From: Candidatus Marinacidobacterales bacterium
GTDB taxonomy: Bacteria > Acidobacteriota > Vicinamibacteria > Marinacidobacterales > SMYC01
Assembly (NCBI GenBank): GCA_965224085.1
Contig: CBDCYI010000009.1
Span: 1-64,000, forward strand
Reading direction: 5' to 3'
Length of the DNA: 64,000 bases
The notes beneath the pieces were generated by a model. That model did not search any database, was not told the origin of the DNA, and saw only the letters and a program-made list of their open reading frames with translations. The position numbers were made by a program, and so were the translations under genes. Within the stretch, counting starts at the first letter, position 1. The number at the start of each line of letters is the position of its first letter. Below are positions 29,269-39,009 of this stretch, in pieces.

Positions 29269-31194
29269 TTATTGTTCCGCGTGCCTGCCAAAGTGCTTCT
29301 GGTAGAGGAAGGAAACAAACATCAAAACCAGTCCCAGCACGAGGAACGATAGGATGCGATAACCCCGTTCCAAAAAGGATATATCAATCAGGAACGCCTT
29401 CAGCACAACCACACCAATGAGAGCCAGCCCCTGCCGGCGCAAGGCAGCGGAACCACGCTGCACTCCCAATACAATGTGTACGGATGAGTAAAGAATCCAC
29501 AACAGCGAGAGTGCCAGTTGTTGGGATAGCCGCGGCTCAATGGTAGTCGTTTCCAACCGGCCAAACGCCTCCCAGATTTCCATGGAAAGGGCCGAGAGGA
29601 GTAACACATTTGCGGCAAGACCGACAGCTTTGAAGAAGCGCTCTTCGTCGCTCGAAAGTGTACCCTCACCTTCATGGTGTTCCCTTGCCAGAAAGAAGGC
29701 CACAGCGAAACAGGCCGCCACAACCACAAAGGTGGCAAAACGAGGATTGGCGAGGAAGCGGTCGGCTTGAATCGGAAGGGCCCACAGTCGAATTGCCACC
29801 AGGACGAAAAGCGAAAGGCCGAACCATCGCAGCAGGTAATGTCTGATGCGTAGGCCGGTCCACACCAGTACGGTTCCTTCAATCGCCCACGCCATCGTGA
29901 CCCATTTGCCCTCGAACTGGGTGAATACAGCGAGGGTTATCAGCGTGAGCCCCAGTCCCGTGTAAAGCAATACCGTCGGAGAAGTCATCCCTCTCTCATT
30001 CTGTGCGGCCAACCAGGCTGCACTCCAGTGGATCGCAACCAACACCAACAGCCAGAAAGTAAGAGACCCGCGGTAATGGTCGTAGAGCATGGCGTCAAGT
30101 GCCGCCATGTACCAGGTCACGTTTGCCAGCACGACGACCATCTGTGCGGCGCGCAATTTCGGTCCCTGGCGTGCTTGCAAAAGTGGAATGATTCCGAACT
30201 CGGTGAAGAAAGCGGTCGCAAAGAAGAAAGTCACAAGAAGCTTTTCCGAGGTGTAGTATTGGTCGTACCAGGTGGTGAAATAACCGATTGTCCAGACCAG
30301 ACAGACAATTTCCAGAGCGCGCCAGGTGCGCCACCGGGACAGCACCAGCAGGCCCGCGTTGAGGACTACCAGATAGCTGAACAACGTACGCTGTGAGTCT
30401 TCTCCAGTACTCAACAACGCGGGAGTCAGAAAGCCACCCAGCATCGCCAGAAATGCGGCCGACTGCGAGTTGCGCCGAATGGCCACCGTAAGCATTCCCG
30501 CAGTAACCGCCACCATTGCGATAAACGCCACGCCTTGCGGAACCAGATGGTAGAACCACCAGGCGGCATAGACAGCGAGGTAGAGCACGCCTGTGGCCAG
30601 CCCCGTAATCCCCTCGGAAAAATAGCGGTAGCCACGGCTGAGCAGCCGATGGCTGTACCAGAGCAGTAACCCGCCTATCAGCAGCAGGATGAGCACGCGC
30701 CCCACCGGCCCCACCCACTGGTTATCAAAGGCAAATTTTACAAAAAACGCCACCGAGAGCAGTAAAGCGACGATCGCGATCCAATTGAGCCAGCGCCCGG
30801 CAAAACGGGTTTCCATGTCCAGACCTCCGGCACCAGGTTTGATCTGAACCGCATCGGCCGGAGAGTGTGTTGCTTGAGTTGACGGCGGCGGAACTTGTAG
30901 TGAGGGGCAGAGCGAAGGCTCGACTGCCATGGCAGTGCCTTCCGACTTCGGCGCAGCAAGATGTTCGGCTGGGGGCCCCTCGGGCTCAGTCGTTTTCAGT
31001 ACTTCCTGGAGGCGACGACTCAGTTCAGAGACTTGCCTCTCCAAAGCGGACACACGGCCCACAACGCTTTCGTTGCGGCCGGACCGACGCCGTCCCTCCA
31101 GCCGCGTAAGGCGCACAAAAGCAACCACGCCTAGAATCGGAGCAACCAAGAAAAAGAGAACTACTAGAATAATGAAAGGAGCAGCAACGCCCAT
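29269..31194 (-). CDS. DUF2339-family multi-pass membrane protein
   Basis: E..FAGRWLNWI, AFDNQWVGPVGR, GGFLTP, K.FLIDIS.LERGYRILSF. Confidence 0.85.
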   Translation of the reverse strand: MGVAAPFIILVVLFFLVAPILGVVAFVRLTRLEGRRRSGRNESVVGRVSALERQVSELSRRLQEVLKTTEPEGPPAEHLAAPKSEGTAMAVEPSLCPSLQVPPPSTQATHSPADAVQIKPGAGGLDMETRFAGRWLNWIAIVALLLSVAFFVKFAFDNQWVGPVGRVLILLLIGGLLLWYSHRLLSRGYRYFSEGITGLATGVLYLAVYAAWWFYHLVPQGVAFIAMVAVTAGMLTVAIRRNSQSAAFLAMLGGFLTPALLSTGEDSQRTLFSYLVVLNAGLLVLSRWRTWRALEIVCLVWTIGYFTTWYDQYYTSEKLLVTFFFATAFFTEFGIIPLLQARQGPKLRAAQMVVVLANVTWYMAALDAMLYDHYRGSLTFWLLVLVAIHWSAAWLAAQNERGMTSPTVLLYTGLGLTLITLAVFTQFEGKWVTMAWAIEGTVLVWTGLRIRHYLLRWFGLSLFVLVAIRLWALPIQADRFLANPRFATFVVVAACFAVAFFLAREHHEGEGTLSSDEERFFKAVGLAANVLLLSALSMEIWEAFGRLETTTIEPRLSQQLALSLLWILYSSVHIVLGVQRGSAALRRQGLALIGVVVLKAFLIDISFLERGYRILSFLVLGLVLMFVSFLYQKHFGRHAEQ

Positions 31195-31285
31195 GAACTT
31201 AATTTAGGCTTGAGAAGCTCACGCCATTTTTTCGTGCGCGGTCTTTTCTGCTGTTGTGGCCCATCGTCCGGATGCGTACCTAATC

Positions 31286-31408
31286 ACGTGAAAAAAGAAT
31301 GGCGCTTCTCCGCGTCGTCGTGATGGTATCAGATCAGGCGGCGACCTGGCCTCGAGCAAGAACGTCGTCGAGGTGTTGGTAAGCATCGATGCGTCGTAGT
31401 CTGATCTG
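31286..31408 (-). mobile_element. 3' remnant of a diverged IS256-like element
   Basis: Encodes QIRLRRIDAYQHLDDVLARGQVAA*, compare QIQLRRIDGYQ...EVAA*; IR-like CGTGAAAAAAGAATGGCG. Confidence 0.7.
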
Positions 31409-32026
31409 AGTTGAGTAGGCAGCGTCTACGGTTCTCGATCATTGCCCTTCGGTGAGGGCAGCCGCAAAAAAGGCGTCGGTCTTGGCGGCCATGATGAAAT
31501 CGTTGCGGTGTAGGCCTCGTATCTTGTGGGTCCACCAAGAGACCGTGACGCGACCCCGTCCTGTGCCAAAACTCGGCTGTGCCTTCTATTTATTCATCCG
31601 CGCGCACCGAACTTGACTAGTCTCCGGTCTGCCGGGACCATGCCGGCATGATTTCGTCATTTGTTCGCGCTCTCGTCTCTAGAGGACCTAGAACCGAGGC
31701 CGGGGCTACCGCGGCGCAGCGGGCTAGCACGTTCTGGTCCAGGTGCGGCCCGGGCCTGGACCCAGGTTTCCGCTCGGGAGCGTGGCATCCCGTCGTGTCC
31801 AAAAATACAAACGAACTCTAAGACCCGCACGCCGGGCTGTCGCCGAGTTCATCTATCATCATTAAGAAGAGCGCAACCATCAAGGGCTTGGCGACGCGTT
31901 TGTGTTTTTGGACACGACAGGGTTCACGACACGACCTTCTTTCAGGCGTCCAGGAGATTGAAATTGCCGTATAGAAAATCTTACTAAAGCCAATTAAAAT
32001 CCCGGCTCGAACGACCACCCGTCGAT

Positions 32027-32217
32027 ACCCTAATCGCAAAATCTTCGAAGCACGAAAACGCGAAACAGCCGCACTGGGCGCAGGCGAGAAGCTCATGCTG
32101 GGGCACCCGCTCGCCGCCACTATAGGTGATTCTGCACGGTGTATGCAGAACCTGGAAAAGGTGCTATTCACGGGGCCAAAGACCTCAGACACGGTGACGT
32201 TTATTTGCGATTAGGGT
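32027..32217. mobile_element. 191-bp MITE with 14-bp IRs starting ACCC (IS982-like)
   Basis: ACCCTAATCGCAAA at 32027-32040 and TTTGCGATTAGGGT at 32204-32217. Confidence 0.65.
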
Positions 32218-32382
32218 TAAAAAGGGCCGCGTTTTGGCACAGGACGGGATCGCGAAACACTGACGCCGCGTGATCGCCGGGGCGCTAGTTCCCGCGAATG
32301 CTGCGATAACTGAAAAACGCGCGGATCAAATCGGAAAATATGGGTTCCTGACAGGTGCGGGCGCACGTCGGCGAGTTCTGTG

Positions 32383-34010
32383 CTAGCCTATACTGGCGCG
32401 GCGCTCACGAAGCAGGCTGGCTGGTTGTTGTCGGCGTCGCCCAACAAGGAGGTTTCGATGACTCGACGACGTAGTTGGAACGCGGTGTGCGCAATGTTTG
32501 TCGAGGTCGTAATATAGACGCAGATCGAACGCGTCGCTATCCATGACGAGCCGTTCGCCTTCCAGCTCGTCGTGCTCGTCATACGCTTCCAGCGTCATTC
32601 GAACGACCGTGCCCTCTTGCCGCGCCGCCGTCACAAGCACCTGGCTGTTTCGGATGACCCAGTGCGCCACGAGAACCTTCTTCTCTTCGTAGGTGCCGGC
32701 TACGACACGAACGACTTCGTACTCGTTGACGAGCAGAGCCCGTCGGTAAGGAAGGATCGACCCGGGCGTAGGAATCGGGGCGCTTGCGAGCACCCGAGCC
32801 TCGACGACCAGCCGGCCGCTCGCCGTTTCGGCCGTTGACGGGCGCCCTGACCCGCGCTCGATGTCGCGCACCACCCCCGCCGCAGGTTGCTCGGTTGGAT
32901 CAATCCACGCATCTGGATAGAAGTCGGCGCGACGGTTGGATGTGACCCGGACCCACTCTTCGACGGACACAAAATCCGCTGCGAAGCGGCCAAGGTAGAT
33001 CTCGACTTGCTGACCACCACCACGGATCTTGTTCGCGTCGTCGCCCACGGTATAGGGGCCAGTCACAGCGAGGAACCGGGGATGGTTGGTCCAGCGTGGA
33101 TGATAAATCTCGTAGCCCTCAATCCCGGGTGCATTGTTTATGTTGACCTGCCACCGTTCGTCCCGCTCCATATCCACCATCGTCAGATTGCGGTGAGATC
33201 CGTCGAAGTACCAGAACAGTGAGCTGCCGTGACCCGCGAATGCGGTCCAGCATCCCCGTCCGATACGGCGCCAGGAGCCGTTGGGCAGCTCCACCACACC
33301 GGCACTAGGCCAGGGGAACAGGCCTCCGGCGAGGCGACCGTCGGCGGACAGCTGGAAGCTGTTGTTGTTCACCGGCCGCTTGTCCCAGACGACTTCGCTC
33401 ACGTCCCATCGGTCGATCTGGTACCGCGTGACGATTCGATACGAGGGAGCTCGGGTCGGCGCTTCATTCGTGCCCATGTAGACCCATTCGATTCGCGTCT
33501 CGGGGTCGATCCAGGTTGCGAGGGAAAACCCTTCGCCGAGCCGTCTCAGGCCGGATCCGTCCCAGTTCACGACGAAGGCGCTCTTCTGCTGATGGTCCGA
33601 GAACACCACCCGGTTGCCGAGAGGGGTGATCAGGGGTTTGGCATAGTTGGCCGGTGTGTCGAGGATAGCTCGCTCGCCAAGTCGGTCGTGGGTGTCAAAG
33701 CCCATCAAGATCAACTGCCCGCCCGCGCTGAGGATATCCGTCCCGTCGGCGACATCCTGGGTCCAGACGACCCGGGTTCGAGCCCCGGTCAGGCTCCGTA
33801 GCGCACCCGGCTCCGCCGACGCATCGTGCTTGCTCCCATCAGCCTCGTTGCGTTCGATGACACCACGAGCGCCCGCACGTGGCGTGCGAGTATCCGCCAG
33901 GCTGTCGTCACGCTGACTCTTTTGCCATGGGCCGGGGGATCCGCACGCCAGAGAGAGAACGAGCCAGGCCGCCGAGGCTACCCCCAACAAAGGCAACCTC
34001 TTGGAGGCCG
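32383..34010 (-). CDS. Exported beta-propeller/TolB-like protein, possible lipoprotein; start approximate
   Basis: Hydrophobic stretch ending LSLAC; VVNWDGSGLRRL, HPRWTNHP, DFYPDAW; the ORF extension over 34072+ is a shadow. Confidence 0.6.
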
Positions 34011-34071
34011 ATTGGAAGGCGCGGCGGGAGACCCAGCATAACGGCCGGCGTTTCGCGTACAGGAGGAACCG

Positions 34072-35484
34072 ATGAAACGTGTCATTTTTCTCGCTATCAC
34101 AATCCTCGCCTTCCAGAGCAACGTGGCCCGGTCTCAATTCGCCGACGAGCTCTCGCCGGCCGTGTTGGAATTCGTGCGCGTTCGGGCTCCCGTCTTCGCT
34201 CTGACGAACGTCCGCGTGGTGGATGGCACCGGCGCCCCTCCGCAGGCCGGTCAGACGATCGTGGTGGAACGGGGTCGGATCACCGCCGTCGGCGCTACGA
34301 GTGAGGTCCCTGTCCCGAGCGGAGCCGAGGTGCTGGATCTTACCGGACACACGGTGATCCCCGGTCTCGTCGGCATGCACGATCACACCGACTACGCGGG
34401 AGCTCGGGCGCGGCTGACGTTGAGCTTCAGCGCGCCCAGGATCTACCTGGCGTCCGGTCTCACGACGATACGTACCACCGGAAGCCTGTCGCCCTACACG
34501 GAGATCAACTTGAAGAAAGGCATCGAGGCGGGCGAGTTGGTGGGTCCCCGAATGCACATCACCGGTCCGCGGCTGAGCGAGGGGCTTCGAAACTACTCAC
34601 CCTCCTCCCCCGAGGACGCTCGCCGGATGGTGCGCTACTGGGTCGAGGAGGGCGCCACGTGGATCAAAGCCCACAGCCGAATCAGCCGGGAGAACCTGAA
34701 AGCCGCGATCGATGAGGCTCATCGTCAGGGCATCAACTTCACCGGCCATCTCTGCTCGGTGACGTTCGGCGAGGCCGTCGAGCTGGGTATCGACAACCTG
34801 GAGCACGGGCTGCTCGTCGCATCGGACTTCGATCCCGCGAAGCAGTCGGACGTCTGCCCCCCCATGCAGCGGGCTAGCCTCGCGAACGTCGAGATCGGGA
34901 GCGACGAAGTGAAATCCTTGATCCAGCGCATGGTGGACAAAGGCGTGGCGGTGACGTCGACCCTGGCCGTCGTCGAGCAGATGGTCCCCGGGCGGCCGGT
35001 CGAGGATCGCGTGCTGGAGATCATGGCTCCCGAGGTCCGTGAGGCTTTTCTGGAGCGCCACCGCGCCGTGCAGGAATCGGCCCCCGAATCCTTCATGCCG
35101 CAGGTCTGGACGCGGGTGCTGGCCTTCGAAAAGGCTTTCGCCGACGCGGGCGGCCTTCTGGCGGCAGGTGTCGACCCGACGGGAAACGGGGGAGCCCTTC
35201 CGGGCTTCGGGGATCAGCGCAATTTCGAGCTGCTGATTGAGGCCGGCTTCACTCCCGTTCAGGCGATCGAGATCATGACCGCTAACGGCGCAAGGATCCT
35301 AGGAGAATACGATCGACTGGGATCCGTCTCCGAAGGCAAGCTCGCCGACCTGGTGGTCCTAAAGGGCGATCCGATCGCGAACCCGGCCGACATTCGCAAC
35401 ACCACCATTGTGTTCAAAGACGGCGTCGGCTACGACGCGCCGAAGATTCTGGAATCGGTGAAGGGGATCGTCGGCGCCCGCTGA
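34072..35484 (+). CDS. Secreted amidohydrolase-family protein
   Basis: Signal peptide; PGLVGMHDH, GHLC, LEHG, GVDP, GKLADLVV. Confidence 0.9.
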   Translation: MKRVIFLAITILAFQSNVARSQFADELSPAVLEFVRVRAPVFALTNVRVVDGTGAPPQAGQTIVVERGRITAVGATSEVPVPSGAEVLDLTGHTVIPGLVGMHDHTDYAGARARLTLSFSAPRIYLASGLTTIRTTGSLSPYTEINLKKGIEAGELVGPRMHITGPRLSEGLRNYSPSSPEDARRMVRYWVEEGATWIKAHSRISRENLKAAIDEAHRQGINFTGHLCSVTFGEAVELGIDNLEHGLLVASDFDPAKQSDVCPPMQRASLANVEIGSDEVKSLIQRMVDKGVAVTSTLAVVEQMVPGRPVEDRVLEIMAPEVREAFLERHRAVQESAPESFMPQVWTRVLAFEKAFADAGGLLAAGVDPTGNGGALPGFGDQRNFELLIEAGFTPVQAIEIMTANGARILGEYDRLGSVSEGKLADLVVLKGDPIANPADIRNTTIVFKDGVGYDAPKILESVKGIVGAR

Positions 35485-35572
35485 ACCGACGCGTAACGAA
35501 GCGCTGGGCTCATCGGGCGAGCGCTTCGAGCACGGGCCGCACGCTGTCGGCAGAGGACTCCAGTCGAGTGCT

Positions 35573-36577
35573 TCACGAGCTGGGCGTGGCGCATGGAACG
35601 AGGCCCTCACCCCGAACGAAAGGCTGTATGTGCTGGTGGACGATTTGTGCCGCCAAACGATGGCCTTCCGGGTTGAAGTGAGACTCGTCCACAAAAAGCT
35701 CGTCACGATCCCTGAAGTGCGTGTACAGATCGACCAGCGGCAGATCGAGGCGCTTGGCCACCTCCGCAGTCATGGCGTTGTACTCGTGAGCGAAGGACTT
35801 CCATCGGATCACCGGCGGCATATTGCCGTAGTAGGGCCGCGTAAGAAGGACCGGCACTGCACCGTCCGAGCGAACGCGCTTCGCCATCTTTTCCAAGTTG
35901 CTGCGATAGTCCTCTAGGCTGACGCGGCGGGTTATCTCGCCCATGCGCATCACGGTGAGTTGGGTCAGCACTCCCGTGGCTAGCCTCGCCACACGAGAAG
36001 GATAGGTGAGCCCCTCCAACCTGCGGGACCACATGGATCGGGCCATGTATTGTTTGTCCGGCACGGTAGTGGGATGGGCATCATTTGATCCGAAGCTGAT
36101 GAGCACCATATCCGGTTGAAACTTTCGTACTTCCTCGAGACGTAGGACTCCTTGGTCCGAGGTGTAGCCCGTGACGCCGGCGTTCACCACCTGAAAAAGA
36201 CCGCAAGACTCGTCAAGGATGCGGTGCAGGTCTTCCGGCCAGCTCGCCTCCGGGGATCCCAACGTGTTGGAGTCCCCGAGAGCAAAGATCCGAAATTCCC
36301 CATCACGCTTTGCGGTCTCCAACTCGGGTCCACGATAGCCCTGCCCGTTGAAGGGCTCGTAACTCGGCCTCGGACGCCAAAGAAGATCGGGATCGTAGAT
36401 GAAATGCCTATCGTCGAAGCTGTGCGAGTAGCGATGATAGGTAGTGCCGAATTTGATCTTGAGCGGCTGATACTCGTAGCCCGTCCAGCGTAACAGGATC
36501 TCGGCCGCGAACAGGCTGGCGAACACGCTCCCGATGAGGAGACAGAACTTCGAGACCCAGCGAGGAGGAGTCTTCAC
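35573..36577 (-). CDS. SGNH/GDSL hydrolase with N-terminal TM anchor
   Basis: LGDSNT, NAGVTGY, GSND, DESH. Confidence 0.88.
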   Translation of the reverse strand: MKTPPRWVSKFCLLIGSVFASLFAAEILLRWTGYEYQPLKIKFGTTYHRYSHSFDDRHFIYDPDLLWRPRPSYEPFNGQGYRGPELETAKRDGEFRIFALGDSNTLGSPEASWPEDLHRILDESCGLFQVVNAGVTGYTSDQGVLRLEEVRKFQPDMVLISFGSNDAHPTTVPDKQYMARSMWSRRLEGLTYPSRVARLATGVLTQLTVMRMGEITRRVSLEDYRSNLEKMAKRVRSDGAVPVLLTRPYYGNMPPVIRWKSFAHEYNAMTAEVAKRLDLPLVDLYTHFRDRDELFVDESHFNPEGHRLAAQIVHQHIQPFVRGEGLVPCATPSS

Positions 36578-37144
36578 GATCCGTTTGGGCCTGTGGAAGT
36601 GCCGTCGGATAAGAGTTGCGCCACCGTTTCGTGCCCGATGACCTTGGCCCACCAAGCCGCGTCCACACCATCGATGCTCAGGTCACGAGCTCCCGACCGC
36701 AACAAGAAACGCACCATCTGCGCATCGCCTCTCTGCGCGGCTCGAATGAGCGGGCTGAGCCCCGCCTTGCTCGCGGCGTTCGCGTCGGCGCCTGCCTCCA
36801 GCAGCGTTTGTAGAACGACGCGGTACCCTTCTATCGCGGCAAACATGGACGGAGTCCACGCGGTTTTGGTCGGTAGATTGACGTTCGCACCCGAGTGGAT
36901 GAGTATGCGAACCATCCGGTCGTTGCCGTTTCGGGCGGCGTAGGTCAACGGTGTCCAGCCGTCCAGATCGGCCACGTTCACGTCCGCCCCATGCCTGACG
37001 AGTTCGCGAATCGACCTTTGCTGTTCTCCCTCGACCGCTTGGATCAAAGCGGTCTTCCCATTACGGTTGGGCTCGTTGGGATCCACACCGACTGCAAGGA
37101 GGACTTTGAGCAAAGGGATGTGTCCTTGGTTGGCTGCTTTAGTT
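36574..37144 (-). pseudogene. Ankyrin-repeat protein, 5'-truncated by the IS
   Basis: GKTALIQA, GWTPLTYAA, GLSPLIRAA; frame open up to the IS boundary. Confidence 0.85.
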
Positions 37145-37319
37145 AGTTCCTGTCCAGAAACACCATAACTTGTGGTGTACGAGAGGCCTATCGAAGATGT
37201 GGGTATTATACGTTTTCAGTCGGCACCTCGTAGGCTCGGAAGCGAATGAAAATCTTGGACGAAACGAGAGGCGAATCGTCAGCAATCCATGGCTATAAAC
37301 GCAGTAAGAGTAATCATTA

Positions 37320-38684
37320 TTATCGTAATAGGTGCCTTGCCATTACCAACAGGTTGCAGGTGATGATGGAACTCCATACGTAGGATTTGAAAGAAGGCAA
37401 TGAGCGCCATGTGCATCGGTCGAGACCAAAGACTCGTTTCAAGAACGAAATGACGCCTTCGATTCCGCAGCGAAATCGCCGTAGGCGTTGATAGACCCAG
37501 GAACTCTTGACCATATCGGTCACCGCGAAGTGAGCCTTGGTAAAGGCAACATCTTCAACTCCCTTGCCTTTGATGGCTTCCAAGTTTGCCTTTGAAGAAA
37601 ACGCGCCATCGTAGGCAACCTGGCGCGGGGCCCGTTCGTAGAGTTCGACTTGACGGTCGATCATGGTTTCCGCGAGAGTTGAATCGGACGGATTCCCATC
37701 CAAGATCACGCAATCCAAAATCATCGAGGACGAGCCACCAGTCAAACACACCTTGTGACCGTAGAGAGTCTCGCGCCGGTCTTTGCGAATAATGTCGGTG
37801 TGTTCTTCGAAGATCGAAACGACCTTTTCCTCCGCAGGCACACGCTCTTCATCAATCACTCTACGCCGAGTTTGGTTGATGACTTTTTCGGTGAGGACGA
37901 GAAAGTGCTTAAAATCCGCGGCGATCTTCTCCGCACTCGCTCGCTTCACCGGCTCGGTCAAGCCGGACTCGTCCAACTGGTCTGCAACGCGTTGAGCGGA
38001 GCGATAGGTTTCTTCCGACACCTTCAGTAGATCTCGATAGACGCGACGCCTTTGTTCCTTATCCTTCGCGTTTAGAACTCCCAGTCGACGTCTCTTCGCT
38101 CGACGCGTTCGATTGCCGAAGACCACTACTGTACCCAGCAGTTCGCGAGTTCGGCACATGAGGCGAGTGAGAACTCGGACGCAGTCATAAAGAAGCTCGG
38201 AGTCCGTAGGAGAATGAATATTCGACTCCACTACCGTGCAGTCCACTCGTACTTTTCTTCCTTTTTCGATCGCGGTCTTCTCGGCAACACTCACCAACTC
38301 TCGGTTGATTTTCTCCAGCGTTTCGAACTTCACGGCTTTGATGTTTGCTGCTAGGGTCGACTTCGACGGGCTCGGCTCTATGATGCCGAGCTGGCAAAAC
38401 GTCCGATAGCTTCGAGAGTCTGCCAAGTGAAACGCCAGCTCCCGATAGGTGAACTGATTCAGCTGCTTGACCAACAACGCCCGGAGAACCTGCTCCGCGC
38501 TCATTCCCCCACGACCAACATCGCTCCCTGCCGATGGGGTGACCGACCTCAGGTCTTGCAGTACCAGCTCATTCAGCTTAGGATGGGCATCGAGCAGCGA
38601 TGATATCGTTTCGAGCTCGCGTGCGTGCTCCAGCTCCAGCCAGGGCTCGCGAAGGCTTGGTTGTGGGTTGATCGTTTTTCGCAT
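37320..38684 (-). CDS. DDE transposase (ISNCY/IS5-like), copy 1
   Basis: RVDCTVVESNIH.PTD, KVVSIFE.H, YGHK, GNPSD, RFRCGIEGVISFLKR. Confidence 0.9.
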   Translation of the reverse strand: MRKTINPQPSLREPWLELEHARELETISSLLDAHPKLNELVLQDLRSVTPSAGSDVGRGGMSAEQVLRALLVKQLNQFTYRELAFHLADSRSYRTFCQLGIIEPSPSKSTLAANIKAVKFETLEKINRELVSVAEKTAIEKGRKVRVDCTVVESNIHSPTDSELLYDCVRVLTRLMCRTRELLGTVVVFGNRTRRAKRRRLGVLNAKDKEQRRRVYRDLLKVSEETYRSAQRVADQLDESGLTEPVKRASAEKIAADFKHFLVLTEKVINQTRRRVIDEERVPAEEKVVSIFEEHTDIIRKDRRETLYGHKVCLTGGSSSMILDCVILDGNPSDSTLAETMIDRQVELYERAPRQVAYDGAFSSKANLEAIKGKGVEDVAFTKAHFAVTDMVKSSWVYQRLRRFRCGIEGVISFLKRVFGLDRCTWRSLPSFKSYVWSSIITCNLLVMARHLLR

Positions 38685-39009
38685 TTAGGGCTGGTCTCCT
38701 TTGGAGTTAAGTCGTTTAGAATCTGCGTTTTTGTCGACTCGATACTAAACGACACTCCCTCAGAAGGCTAGCCCTAAATTTGCGATTACCCCTTTTTTCT
38801 CAACCTCTTACACCTGTCAGGACGGGTACTAGCTAGTTCCTGTCCAGAAACACCATAACTTGTGGTGTACGAGAGGCCTATCGAAGATGTGGGTATTATA
38901 CGTTTTCAGTCGGCACCTCGTAGGCTCGGAAGCGAATGAAAATCTTGGACGAAACGAGAGGCGAATCGTCAGCAATCCATGGCTATAAACGCAGTAAGAG
39001 TAATCATTA

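Noticed and set aside
3787-32248. CRISPR array or integron-array reading of the CCCGT repeats
   Set aside because: Spacing is irregular, both orientations occur, no cas or intI genes are present, and the repeats are contiguous with transposase 5' ends
34011-34557. N-terminal extension of the 724-aa ORF
   Set aside because: Antisense shadow of the amidohydrolase at 34072-35484
35490-35530. Possible attC starting GCGTAAC
   Set aside because: No matching GTTRRRY at a suitable distance; GAAGCGCT...AGCGCTTC is better read as a hairpin between convergent genes
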